From assembly GCA_964506805.1 (NCBI GenBank), contig CAZDMD010000001.1, positions 1-55,892 of the forward strand: DNA of 55,892 nucleotides, written 5' to 3'. The translations under genes were made by a program, and so were the position numbers. Every line of letters begins with the position of its first letter. The first letter of the stretch is position 1. Shown here piece by piece: positions 28,201 through 38,068 of this stretch. The notes under the pieces are model-generated. The model worked only from the letters and a program-made list of their open reading frames with translations. It was not told the origin of the DNA and did no database searches. The DNA comes from an uncultured Vampirovibrionales bacterium (GTDB lineage Bacteria > Cyanobacteriota > Vampirovibrionia > Vampirovibrionales > JAJTHC01).

Positions 28201-29776
28201 GTGCAGTTGTGGTCGTCCGTAAAAACAAGGGATTGATAAATTCAGGATTGAGCCAAGGAGTAGCAGGGCGAGAAATCCCTCGCTTGTCTAAGTAGGCACG
28301 GGCAGCGGCCTCTTGTTCTTCAGGTTCAGAAAACCCCTTTATACGGTGTTTTGTTATGCTTTCATTAATTGTTTTAGTTTTAGGAATGGCGTAAGCTTCA
28401 TATTCTTTCCGACAGGTCAAAATACATGCAATATAAGGGTATCTACTTAGTGTTGTTATAAAAGCAAGCAGTTCCTTACGCCAATACTGCGAGCCTGCCC
28501 CTTCGTTAATGGCATCAATAATGATTAAAGCTCTAACCCTTGCCGCTTCACCTGCGGTATTAATCGCTCCAAAAACTTCATCCCAAGCAAGCCCCTTGCA
28601 AACTCTATCACTTATTTCATTGATGGGCGAAGTCCCAAACTTAAAATCAAACCCGTTAAACAGGAAAACAGGACGTTGTTCAGCAAGTGCCGATGTTGCC
28701 AAAAAACCAGAGAGGTGGGATTTTCCTATACCTGCTTCACCTGTTATAAGCACAAATTTTGTTTGATCAGATAAAAACTCCTTACTTTCGATAAAGTTGC
28801 AAAAGTTCTCTAGTTTTTCTCTGAAATCACCCAGCTTTCGGTAGAAATAATCCAATGAATCGGCATTTGTTTTCTTTTCCTTGTAAGATTGTTGCTTTTT
28901 CCAGTACCATTTTTTAACAAGCTCCACTTGATTCCTTATGTTTTTAACAATGTGATTGATTTCCCCGAATAGGGAATCTACTTTGCACGAGATGTTAAAA
29001 TCCAAGCTCCCTAAACTTTTCGCTTGTTGCTCCAATTCTTCAAGGTACTTTTTTAATTCCTTTACGTCATCGTCATTGCCTAAATCGGGAGCTGAAGGAA
29101 TTTTTAAAATTTTTGAGCGTAAATCACATATTTCTTTAATAAAATGAGGATGCCGAACAATGCTATGTCCAATAGCTTGAGCAGCTACATCCACGTGATC
29201 TTCTTGATGGTACCGTTCGCCAAGACTTTTAATTGCCACATTGATATGTTGTTGATACCATTCATTGCTAAATTCGGCTGTATCAAACCAAAACCTTTTA
29301 AGCCCCTGAGCATTCTCTTGTGCCAATTTGTCAATAATTTCTGATTGACCCCAAAGATCAAAAACGACAGTTAATCCTTGCTTAGTCGCCCAGCCTTCCC
29401 ATTTTCTTTTATGTGTTTCCCAATGTTCCCAACCTGATTTACCCCTCTTGCCTGTTTTGTCAGTTAAATCACAAGCGATAGCTATAACATAACGGCTAAG
29501 TGTAGGATGTATTTCAAGAGCTATTTTAACAGATTTATCTATCTGCGACCAGCCAATATCACCAGACTTAAGAAAATACTTCGCTTGATAACCTATTTTT
29601 GATCCATCTTGTTTCTTCCAATACGCTTCGACGCCACCGTCACCGCCTGCACCTTCGACTCTTTGAAAACAAAGGCTACTTTCAGGCAGATCTCGCCGTC
29701 CAAGCTGGCAGACTAATTCTTCAAACCCACCACTCTGAGTGCCTTTATATGTTCTAATTTTGGAAAAATCTATCAT
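25277..29776 (-). CDS. 1499-aa STAND-type P-loop NTPase with an N-terminal PD-(D/E)xK nuclease-like domain (Avs-like)
   Basis: N-terminus GFEELVCQL...GAGGDGGVEAYW...GYQAKYF (E...D-x-E...QxK). Walker A FVLITGEAGIGKSHL, Walker B ALIIIDAINEG, then about 1000 aa of C-terminal repeat-like region. Confidence 0.8.
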   Translation of the reverse strand: MIDFSKIRTYKGTQSGGFEELVCQLGRRDLPESSLCFQRVEGAGGDGGVEAYWKKQDGSKIGYQAKYFLKSGDIGWSQIDKSVKIALEIHPTLSRYVIAIACDLTDKTGKRGKSGWEHWETHKRKWEGWATKQGLTVVFDLWGQSEIIDKLAQENAQGLKRFWFDTAEFSNEWYQQHINVAIKSLGERYHQEDHVDVAAQAIGHSIVRHPHFIKEICDLRSKILKIPSAPDLGNDDDVKELKKYLEELEQQAKSLGSLDFNISCKVDSLFGEINHIVKNIRNQVELVKKWYWKKQQSYKEKKTNADSLDYFYRKLGDFREKLENFCNFIESKEFLSDQTKFVLITGEAGIGKSHLSGFLATSALAEQRPVFLFNGFDFKFGTSPINEISDRVCKGLAWDEVFGAINTAGEAARVRALIIIDAINEGAGSQYWRKELLAFITTLSRYPYIACILTCRKEYEAYAIPKTKTINESITKHRIKGFSEPEEQEAAARAYLDKRGISRPATPWLNPEFINPLFLRTTTTALQRDGKTEFPKGLTGTSAIFVYFVEATAENMRRLYPELSHRLYSYILKSLQNLVKEMLTQKQDRISWEQAVEILKNSFEGYSPPNGISWLDVLIRNGLLQRWPVYQSDPDPLQPAEDVVGFSFQRFQDHVMATQLLEAVIDPVSAFEVGGDAAFCLTNRWQWGGLISALSILIPENYEKELIDCLTEEQQQQLDYSIVEAFKESVRWRDKNAFTERTRKFLNWLQPEELISLVLEMSICEDHPFNVENLLHPKLMSLDMPHRDAWWSTILAGSDSEHPIYRIIDWSLDGSLHVNSGKSHELAALVLAWSFSTTDRNIRDRATKSLVALIENKPTIFPWLVDEFKAVDDLYILERIYAAAYGAACRNCEAEWISSFAETAFKHLFSLGEPPLHLLLRDYARGLIEIAKIQNFSLKGVDVQLAYPPYRSSPPRFNLKEEAIKQIANKAGGNQILSSCTVHIGDFANYEIPHATNDFLTVPLKKDVPLTTKEKYDKFKQEVIEPNKEYKEFFEVLEKAQQCLSMPILVFLESDEEEAQKTIKEREEEISPIIQAAQKGLFASLSKNEKIRYNKEAKPYFEKSTKDNRPKSFDLTQCRLWVAKRAYDYGWNEKLFGEDITGYRYGYVHGRERPTVERIGKKYQWLALSELQCRLADNYWLKDYDNPPQKYDSPLNIGYQRDIDPTIIRPKKIEQAKKNDLINHIMGVEIDLEECTDTDIDHWVSLKNLGEQLESLVYRTTPDGRKFSVLYEHQCTSENFPSNDGYRRQEFRFISAVIIPKRDRKSVVDILKKKPISNFNDWGSINFTDGPFLLEHPWHSAWHYQKWEKVFREKDSPQISRTVSDYCWESHLDKALPEGFKVYMPCPWLCKELELRRADETSTTYVDTTGSISAICGQAPEDGSIVAMETKLFEQYLKDNDYECLWVFLAERNAFKKHGGMLGGGSYLRIEGVAWKQGQNIVKEVWGDGLSCLRTHCCK

Positions 29777-29887
29777 TAAAGAAATCAGTCACTCCTGTTT
29801 ATTTGTCTATTCAATGCGTATCTTAGTACTCAAAAAAGGAAATTTTTCATCTTGTGCAAGTCAAATAGTAAAATCAGTGGCTTCATA

Positions 29888-31918
29888 TTACATAACCCCC
29901 AATGCTTTAAATACCGAGTCGTTTACATCTTGATAAAAAGTTGTCTGGAATTTTGTGAATAAATCTGTTGGTACTGTTGCAATGTCTGTAGCAGAAACCA
30001 TTGGAATTAAAACTCGTTTTCCTCCAGAATCAAAACAAACTTGAAGAGTATTTGCAAACTCATCAACCTTCTTTAGAGTTCCTCCAATACTGAAACTTCC
30101 AAGGACAACCATTTGTTCTTGAGTTGCTTTTGTCATAGCACCTGAGCAAAGGGTGATAAAAGTTGCTAAACTGATATCTTCTGGAACCCCTATTCCTTGT
30201 AAGTCATGGATATGTAAATGATAATCTGCTTCTTGAGTTTTAATTATTCCACTAATATTTTTGGCATTAGCTTTAAAATAATCAAAAGCCATATTTGCAG
30301 ACTCTTTACTTCTTGAGTTTGAATTAAATCCCGAAGTTTTTAATTTTCCTGATCCAGAAGTCACTTGAAGCTCAAGTTTATATACACCTAATTTTCCATC
30401 ATGCGTTTTCGCAACAGTATAAACATGACCAGGTTTATTCACACCCTCAGGAATTAACTTCCCACCTCCTTGTTCAGGAACTGATACAAAATGTTCTTCC
30501 AGTGAATCATTATCAAGATAAGAGAAGTGAACGTCAAAAAACTCCATTCCGCCCATTTTCTTCAGCTGTTCTTTTACTCTTCGTCTGCCTATTAGTGCAT
30601 ATTCAAAAATTTCAGATAATTCTTCTTTAGTGAAATCTCCATTTGGATAAATAAGTTTAATTAAACCTGATACAGTTTTTCTTACACCAATTACATCACG
30701 CTGATTTAGATTACTGCCAAATTTGAAATATTTATCAATTTCATCTGTAAATGAGCGCTTTCTCATTTCTCGTAAGTATTCTGCAAGGTAATCAACAATA
30801 AAGCCATATTGATTTGTAAAAAACTCAGGCTTCATCTTAGGGATTTCCCAACCCGGAATATAAAAATGCATTCTGTCAAAGAAAGCTGTATCGCTATTCA
30901 TTTCAGGAGGGAAAGGTGAAAACAAATGTGATGTTTTTACAACTGTTTCAAAACTTTGATTTATATTTCCCACAAAAACCATCGATGCATTTGCATTCTT
31001 TTCTTCTTTTCCTCTGGCAAATGAACCTGAAGCCATATAATCTTTCATTATCTGAATGCCATCTTTATCTTTGAAATTTATACCTGCGACTTCATCAAAT
31101 GCTACAGTATCCCATAAACCAACTAATCCAATGGTTCGTTGAGACATATTATAGAAAAGATTTGCTACTGTTGTTTGTCCACCTGATACAAGTACTGAAT
31201 ATGGTGAAATTTCTTTATATATGTGGGATTTCCCTGTACCTCTAGGTCCTAACTCGCAAACATTATAGTTATTTTCCGTTAAAGGAATCATTCTTGTTAA
31301 TAGATGCCATTTTTCATTAGTTTTAAATTGAGTTGGTTCCATTCCTGAAGAGCGCAATAAAATATCAATCCACTGGTCTTTAGTAAAATGTTTTCTGCCT
31401 TCAAATATTTCTGTCATATCCATATTAGGCATTTGAATAGGCTTTAAATCTCTAATAATAAATGGAGAACGGTCTTTTACTTCTTCATCATAGTAATAGC
31501 TCATTGTGAGGATACACCATATACCGCCAGCAAGAAGCTTATCATATTGTTTTATGTAGTGCTGATCGATTTCAACACCTTTAATTCCAAGGTTTGAAAA
31601 TTCCGCCTGATAAAAATCCTTCTTCTCATTTAGTTTTACGGTTACTTTATCTATAACTTTGTAAACTCCGAGATCTTTTATTTTAGATTTTACTTTTTCA
31701 GCTTCATCTGGTCTTACATAGTTATCTGCAAGTATGGCTTTAACTTTATGTAATCCATCATTAATTTCATCCTGATTATCAGAAGCACAATACATTCCAA
31801 GAAGATACTCTAAAACATAAACAGGAACATTATAACCTTGCTTAATTAATTTAGTGAGGTCTTTTCTTACGACTCTTCCCGAGAAATGTTCGTTTAATAA
31901 TTTATCTAAATCAGGCAT
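29888..31918 (-). CDS. brxL: BREX type 1 Lon-like protease/ATPase BrxL
   Basis: P-loop ELGPRGTGKSHIY, C-terminal Lon-protease-like domain, last position in the canonical BREX-1 gene order. Confidence 0.9.
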   Translation of the reverse strand: MPDLDKLLNEHFSGRVVRKDLTKLIKQGYNVPVYVLEYLLGMYCASDNQDEINDGLHKVKAILADNYVRPDEAEKVKSKIKDLGVYKVIDKVTVKLNEKKDFYQAEFSNLGIKGVEIDQHYIKQYDKLLAGGIWCILTMSYYYDEEVKDRSPFIIRDLKPIQMPNMDMTEIFEGRKHFTKDQWIDILLRSSGMEPTQFKTNEKWHLLTRMIPLTENNYNVCELGPRGTGKSHIYKEISPYSVLVSGGQTTVANLFYNMSQRTIGLVGLWDTVAFDEVAGINFKDKDGIQIMKDYMASGSFARGKEEKNANASMVFVGNINQSFETVVKTSHLFSPFPPEMNSDTAFFDRMHFYIPGWEIPKMKPEFFTNQYGFIVDYLAEYLREMRKRSFTDEIDKYFKFGSNLNQRDVIGVRKTVSGLIKLIYPNGDFTKEELSEIFEYALIGRRRVKEQLKKMGGMEFFDVHFSYLDNDSLEEHFVSVPEQGGGKLIPEGVNKPGHVYTVAKTHDGKLGVYKLELQVTSGSGKLKTSGFNSNSRSKESANMAFDYFKANAKNISGIIKTQEADYHLHIHDLQGIGVPEDISLATFITLCSGAMTKATQEQMVVLGSFSIGGTLKKVDEFANTLQVCFDSGGKRVLIPMVSATDIATVPTDLFTKFQTTFYQDVNDSVFKALGVM

Positions 31919-31929
31919 ATTCCTTACTC

Positions 31930-34449
31930 CTAAAAATCATTGGTAATTGCTAAATTTATTTGAAATGGAATAGGATTATCGATTTGCAAACCATCTTCTT
32001 CCAGTTTTAAATAATAATTCTTATTTTTATCGTAATCTTCACCCTTCAAAGTAAGGACTATTTTAAACTCTCTATCTTTCGGATTATCTGATTCAATATT
32101 TGCAAAAACAGTTTCTTCGCTAGAGATTTGTTTTTTTAGGTCAGTGTCCCATAAAGCTACTTTTAGTTTTCTTTGCAACACTTTATCCGAAACCCGCTCA
32201 ACTTGGAACAAATTTAACGTAAAGTTGTTGTTTGTTATCTTATTACTTCTGTTTGTTACTTTTATATCAACTTTTTTAGTGTCTTGATGACGTTTATATT
32301 GAAACTTGATTAAAGGAATTACAATTTCTTGTAACGAAGCACCACCGTGGACAAAGTTAATTCCCGTCCCCGCCGTTTTGAATCTGTGTATTCCTTTGGG
32401 AACAATAGCTTTCAGATCTGAACCTTTGCCAAGAATATACTCCATATTTATTTGTAGAGCTCCTGATTGCTGAGAAGGTTGGTTAGTTAAAATAAATCTT
32501 TTCTTCAATTCAATAGAATCTTTCTGAGCAACAGAAACTTTATCATGCTCTTCTAAAGAATCTCTCTTATATAAAAAACCGTGATCCGCTGTAATGTAAA
32601 CGTGAGTACCATTACAATTTATGATTATTTTTAGACAATGAATAAGCTCTTTAATGGTCTTTTTTACAGCATAAAAGGCATCATTTTCTGTCTTAGCGTC
32701 ATCACCTATCGCATCAATCTTATCGTGATAAATATAAATAACTTTCTTGTCCTTAAACACATCTCTTGCTTCGGAGAGTTTTAACTTTTTCAAGTCAAAA
32801 TACTTTACAACAACAGATTCAGGAACATAACTTTGAAGGATTTTTTCTCTGTTATTAGAGGAGTCCGAACGGATCCCATCAACTAAAACTTGTCCTTCAG
32901 TATTTATTTCAATTTTTTTATTAGGAAGTAAAGCTGCCATACCAAGCTTCGTATAAGAAGGCACAGAACCTAGCATATAATCAAGCTCAGCATCACCTTT
33001 AACTTCTTTATTTAGCTCGATCACGAGTTCTTGAGCAGCTTCATATCTCAATGCATCTGAAATCACGACGAATGTTTTGTACTTGCTGTTTTTAATATTT
33101 TCCGTATAAAAATCTTTTTGATTATGTATTCCCATAATATCCCAGTTTTCAGTCAATTCGATTTCGACCTGCTCAGACCAAACTTTAGTCAATTCATCAA
33201 GATACTTATTTGAATAGATGCCCTCAACTCTTTCTCTTAATTCATCTAAAATAGAGGACTCTTCTTTATCAAAAGCCGTATAAAACTTCCTGTAAGCTTG
33301 ATCTACTTTATAATATTCCTTAGTGTAAAGATAGAGCAAGTCCTTTGCATTTGTTAAAGGGAAGCCATTTTGATACTTGAACATAAAACTAAATAGTTCA
33401 AGTGCTGCTTCAAGAGCGTTATATATAGGCTCAAATCTTTCAAACCAATATTTAGCTTTTCTTTTTCTTAGGATTGTTGTTAAGCCTGCAAAACCGTTAT
33501 TATTAGCCAATAAGGTTTTGATAATCAGCATAATGGCTTCTCTATCAAAACATTCAAAAACATCAACTTCGTTGTAGTGAACAACAAGCTCTTCCCAGTC
33601 TTTAATGCTTTCTCTGATCTTTAGTTCTTGCTCTGTTTGCTTGGCAAGTGTTTTGTAGAACTCACCTGTTTGCTTGTTATTCATCCAATTATCAATGAAT
33701 ACCGTTGAGTTATGAGCCTTTGACTCATCACAAAGTAAATACTCAAGCGTTTTAGGGAAATAATCTTTTATGCCGTCTTTTAACGATGTTAGAATTATAG
33801 AGGTGAACAGTTTTTTTACGGAAGGTTCTTTATCTTCGTATCCGTAGAATTTTTTAGCGTATTGCCAAAACTTGCTTAACAGCTCAAACTTTTCAAGTTC
33901 TTTTAAAACGTCGTTATTTTCAATTAACGAATCAATAATAACTTTTTGCATTGTTGATTCAAACTGATATGCCTTACTTTTAGCAATAACAGCAATCATG
34001 GCATGTTCAAAGTTTTCTTCGTTGTTGCAGTCTGATAGCAAGCTTTTTAATTTTGTTACTCTGGCTGTATTATTGAAAAAATCAGCGTGGTTTTTTACCA
34101 GTTGTTTGACTGAAGGATCGTTAATTTTCAGATCAGCGATTGTCATAGCAACAACATCAGGGGTAAATTCGTGGGAATAAAAAATTATATCCGAAAGCCA
34201 ATTATCTTTCACCTCAGGTTTTTCGAATGGGGCATAAACAAGATAAGAGCTATTTTTATCATCATATTCAAGAAGTTTTTTGGTGGCAAAATAATTAGAA
34301 CCTGTAAGTTTGTGAAGTTTTACCCCATCAAGCTCAAGTTCGTTTACGGTTTCTGCTTCACAGCCGTCTGAATCGTACCAGAATACGATTTGTCGTTCTG
34401 GCGAATCAAAAAATTGACTGAGGAGTGCTTGTATCTTATCTTTATCCAT
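31930..34449 (-). CDS. pglZ: BREX alkaline-phosphatase-fold protein PglZ
   Basis: PglZ motifs FVVISDALRYEAAQEL and VYITADHGFLY, plus synteny. Confidence 0.92.
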   Translation of the reverse strand: MDKDKIQALLSQFFDSPERQIVFWYDSDGCEAETVNELELDGVKLHKLTGSNYFATKKLLEYDDKNSSYLVYAPFEKPEVKDNWLSDIIFYSHEFTPDVVAMTIADLKINDPSVKQLVKNHADFFNNTARVTKLKSLLSDCNNEENFEHAMIAVIAKSKAYQFESTMQKVIIDSLIENNDVLKELEKFELLSKFWQYAKKFYGYEDKEPSVKKLFTSIILTSLKDGIKDYFPKTLEYLLCDESKAHNSTVFIDNWMNNKQTGEFYKTLAKQTEQELKIRESIKDWEELVVHYNEVDVFECFDREAIMLIIKTLLANNNGFAGLTTILRKRKAKYWFERFEPIYNALEAALELFSFMFKYQNGFPLTNAKDLLYLYTKEYYKVDQAYRKFYTAFDKEESSILDELRERVEGIYSNKYLDELTKVWSEQVEIELTENWDIMGIHNQKDFYTENIKNSKYKTFVVISDALRYEAAQELVIELNKEVKGDAELDYMLGSVPSYTKLGMAALLPNKKIEINTEGQVLVDGIRSDSSNNREKILQSYVPESVVVKYFDLKKLKLSEARDVFKDKKVIYIYHDKIDAIGDDAKTENDAFYAVKKTIKELIHCLKIIINCNGTHVYITADHGFLYKRDSLEEHDKVSVAQKDSIELKKRFILTNQPSQQSGALQINMEYILGKGSDLKAIVPKGIHRFKTAGTGINFVHGGASLQEIVIPLIKFQYKRHQDTKKVDIKVTNRSNKITNNNFTLNLFQVERVSDKVLQRKLKVALWDTDLKKQISSEETVFANIESDNPKDREFKIVLTLKGEDYDKNKNYYLKLEEDGLQIDNPIPFQINLAITNDF

Positions 34450-34457
34450 AGTGTATA

Positions 34458-37400
34458 CTACTTTTCACCTGTAATCTTTTTTTCATCCATAAGTATGCCA
34501 GGGAATTTGGCGTAGTTGACTTTCACGCCATCATCAAGGTCGAGATCGATTTTTTCGTCGGCTAAGATTCTTAACTTTTCGTGGAATTGACGCATTTCGA
34601 CGATGTGTTTTTCTATTTGGATCTTTTCTTTTACTTTGCTTTCTTTTTCTAGTCTTGCTGCGTGGTCTTCCAGTTTGCCCTGAAGCCTGTCGAGATAATC
34701 GGTTCTCACACGGCTTAGCGTGTCTTTGTTGTATCTGTGCAGATATACAAGACAGTTGAAGGCTTTTTCCTTGCCTGAAGTGAACATCCAATAAATGGGG
34801 CGTTTTTTGTAGATTTTCAGATGATCTTCATAGAAGCCTTTTAAGAAGTAAGCTCTTATGGTTTCTTCGGCGGTTTGTTTGATCGGTTTTAACGCCCCGT
34901 TTTTGTCCCTGCCTTGCAGAACGCTTGCGATATAGTCTAGGTTTTGTGAGCCGTTTTCTTTCCCGAAAGCGACTTGTATAAACTCGGCGAACTTGGCGAC
35001 TATATCATCTTCGAACCAGCAATCACTAAGGACGGGAAGGATTGCATCGTCGTCAACAGGCATGGTTTTGTATTTAGACATATCAAACTCACCGCCTGCA
35101 TATACAAGACCTTTTTGGTCAAGGGAGTATCTGCCCATAATACAGCCGACAGCGTAAGAGATGAGTGATTTAATTTCTCTGGTTTCGTCTGCAAGGTTTA
35201 TGGTTACGTCCTTATCAGCCACATCAGGTGTAAGCTCGTCTTGCAAACCATAAATATCAATAAATATTCTGTTTAATTCTTCTTCATTTTGTTTTAATTG
35301 ATTGAATTGCTTTTCGCAGAATTCTGACCAGTTTACAAAGGCTGTTTCTACCTTGTTATCAGTATCAGAGGAGCGGAATCGAATAAGCGGATGTTCTTCA
35401 AAATCCCACGATGTTTCAAACGAATCCCAATCAGTTTTAGAAATTTGAATATTTTGTTCAACTAATTTGTTTATTACTTCTGCTTTGTTTTCATCCTGAT
35501 TAATTATTATAGGTATGTTGGCAATAACACCGGAGCTAAAATTTAAAGTAGGATTTAACATTTTTAAGAATTCATGAATCATTCTTGTATTTAATAATGC
35601 TGCAATGTAATTATATATTTCATCGTCACAAAAAGCTGAATGAGCACCAACATCAAATATAAAACCTCTTGGGAAACATCTGATTCCAAAATTTGCTGAA
35701 CTTATTAGAGACCAAGTTATTCCTTTTCTAAAATAGAATTCCCTGTTAATAACTCTGCCGTTGGACTTGACCCTTGCACCTGGAGTATTATCAATATAAT
35801 CACAGACAGCCTTACCATTATTCTCAAAGTTTATTAAAAAGTCATTATTTCCATACCATTTTCTGAATTCTCCACCCTTGTTATATGGGAACCATTTCAA
35901 TTTACTTTCTTTGGCTTCTTCCTTATCTTTAAACCCAAATCCAGCTTTATTAATATCGATTTCGCTCCATAATCTCAAAAATCTATTGTTGTCGCTTGTC
36001 GCCATACCTTGCCTTGGCTCTGCTATATTGCCAAGACGTTCAGCTGTTTTAAATATCTCTCTAACCCGATTACTCGCCCAGTAGGCAATCGGCGAACCAG
36101 GGATCGAGTGGAAGTCTTTTGAATAAGTTGTATATCTATAATCAACATTCGTATTTTTTACGGCTTCTTTTGTTTTGATCGGTTGATTTTCAGCACCTTT
36201 AAAATCAGCAAGTCTTATATACTCCCCTATATTAGTTTCATGGTTATTTTTAACAACAAAAGTACAAATTGGTACAGTGGCTTCTTCAAAACCTGAATAT
36301 TCTAGTTGTATCAAGCTTGAAATACTTTTAGTATTTAAAATATGTTTTCTTAAATTTTCATGAGTTTTGATAAACATCCAAGTCATTGGCGTCATCATTC
36401 CACAATAACCATTATACTTTGCCATATTATTACATTGGTAAATAAAAGCAGAATACAAATCAGATTTATACTCTTTATAATTTTTTTCGATAAATTGCTT
36501 CATATCAGAATTGTATTTATTATGGTAGGGTGGATTCGTAACAACGATCTCATATTTTTCTGATAATAATCTTGCTTCTTCAAGTATAGGCTTTAAGTTG
36601 ATCCTTATTTCTTCTTTCAATAAAGGACTTGAAGGAATACTAAACGTTAAATCAGAAAGAGATTGTTTGTCGAAACTATCAAGGCTTTTTATTCTATCCA
36701 AATACTTAACATAATCGATCTTAGGTGGATTGATTAAAGAACCAAAGCTTTTTGCATTGCTAAAGGACTTTATCAATTCTTGAATCTGATCCTTTTCTTC
36801 TTGATTTTGACAGAATAAATCTAATGCTGTTGATGAAAGTGGTTTCGCCTCTATAAATTCAAGAATTTTGAAATTTAAGCCGTTCAAACTTTTTGTATAG
36901 CTTCTGGCTTTCATCAAAAGTGCAAAATTAGCCAGTTGAACAGCTCTTCCACATATATCTAATCCCTTTATGTTGTTATTAGCAATTAATTTGGGAATAT
37001 CTTGTTCAAGGTATCCTTGAGCTTTATAAAGTTGATGAAAAATATCAAACGCATAAACTAAAGTGTGTCCCGAACCACAGCAAGGGTCAATAAATTTGAT
37101 TTGTTCAAGAGGAATAAAATCAATTTTAGTTTGATTGTCAATTCGTGGTTTTAAGAAAAATTCCCAGTTATTGATTAAATCACTATCAGGATTCATATCA
37201 TACCAAAGCTTCCCTAATGAATTTTGAACCATGTATTGAACAATCCACTTTGGAGTAAATAATTGAGTTGCTGCAGGTAAATCTTCTTTTTTCACAGTTC
37301 CTTTATTCATTCCAACGACTTCATCTTTTTTCTCAGAAATATAGTACTGATAAAGCCAGCCTATGATTTCAACTTCTTCCCAGTTCGCACGGGGTATTTC

Positions 37401-38021
37401 TATCATCTGTCTTATTACAGAACCTTGATTTAAAAGCCCTGTTGGGAATAAAAGTTCTGTGTAATCGCTGATTTTTTCAAACAAAAACGGTAGTTTTTCA
37501 TACAAAGCGTTGCATTGAGAGATTATCAGCTTTTTATACAGTTCTTCAAAGTTGCTGTCTTCTACTGCCAGTTTAAAGATTTGGTTTCTGTCCAAATTAG
37601 GCAAGTAATCAGGTGCTTTTGAAGATATACCGTTCAAACTATCCAAAGAAGCAAGAATTTTTAGATCGTGGTCAATGTAGTGATGCACTTCCATAAAATA
37701 CAAGGCAATAAAGCGGTTAAACCAAGTGTAAGCAACTTCGTCAACAACATGTTCAAAAGAAGTTTCGTTGATTTTGTCAATCAGTTTTTTTCTTTGTTCT
37801 TTTACTTCTTTCGGAAACACCTGACCCAATATAACAATGCCGTCAGAAGCTTCTATGACATGCTGTGTTTCGATATTGTCAGCCGTAATGCCCAGTTCGT
37901 GGCATTTATTGGTAATCGATTCAATCAGTTTTTTTCTTGCATTTATCGCAAAATCTTTGATTTTAGATTTATTCAGCGTTTCTTTTTTGTCTTGTGTCTG
38001 TTCTGTTACGACGGCTTCCAT
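34458..38021 (-). CDS. pglX: BREX N6-adenine DNA methyltransferase PglX
   Basis: Motif I FIDPCCGSGHTL, motif IV VVTNPPYH, 1187 aa, located between brxC and pglZ. Confidence 0.92.
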   Translation of the reverse strand: MEAVVTEQTQDKKETLNKSKIKDFAINARKKLIESITNKCHELGITADNIETQHVIEASDGIVILGQVFPKEVKEQRKKLIDKINETSFEHVVDEVAYTWFNRFIALYFMEVHHYIDHDLKILASLDSLNGISSKAPDYLPNLDRNQIFKLAVEDSNFEELYKKLIISQCNALYEKLPFLFEKISDYTELLFPTGLLNQGSVIRQMIEIPRANWEEVEIIGWLYQYYISEKKDEVVGMNKGTVKKEDLPAATQLFTPKWIVQYMVQNSLGKLWYDMNPDSDLINNWEFFLKPRIDNQTKIDFIPLEQIKFIDPCCGSGHTLVYAFDIFHQLYKAQGYLEQDIPKLIANNNIKGLDICGRAVQLANFALLMKARSYTKSLNGLNFKILEFIEAKPLSSTALDLFCQNQEEKDQIQELIKSFSNAKSFGSLINPPKIDYVKYLDRIKSLDSFDKQSLSDLTFSIPSSPLLKEEIRINLKPILEEARLLSEKYEIVVTNPPYHNKYNSDMKQFIEKNYKEYKSDLYSAFIYQCNNMAKYNGYCGMMTPMTWMFIKTHENLRKHILNTKSISSLIQLEYSGFEEATVPICTFVVKNNHETNIGEYIRLADFKGAENQPIKTKEAVKNTNVDYRYTTYSKDFHSIPGSPIAYWASNRVREIFKTAERLGNIAEPRQGMATSDNNRFLRLWSEIDINKAGFGFKDKEEAKESKLKWFPYNKGGEFRKWYGNNDFLINFENNGKAVCDYIDNTPGARVKSNGRVINREFYFRKGITWSLISSANFGIRCFPRGFIFDVGAHSAFCDDEIYNYIAALLNTRMIHEFLKMLNPTLNFSSGVIANIPIIINQDENKAEVINKLVEQNIQISKTDWDSFETSWDFEEHPLIRFRSSDTDNKVETAFVNWSEFCEKQFNQLKQNEEELNRIFIDIYGLQDELTPDVADKDVTINLADETREIKSLISYAVGCIMGRYSLDQKGLVYAGGEFDMSKYKTMPVDDDAILPVLSDCWFEDDIVAKFAEFIQVAFGKENGSQNLDYIASVLQGRDKNGALKPIKQTAEETIRAYFLKGFYEDHLKIYKKRPIYWMFTSGKEKAFNCLVYLHRYNKDTLSRVRTDYLDRLQGKLEDHAARLEKESKVKEKIQIEKHIVEMRQFHEKLRILADEKIDLDLDDGVKVNYAKFPGILMDEKKITGEK

Positions 38022-38068
38022 TGTTTATTCCTTCGCTTTTCTCTTTAGGTTACCACGTTTTCTTTGAG

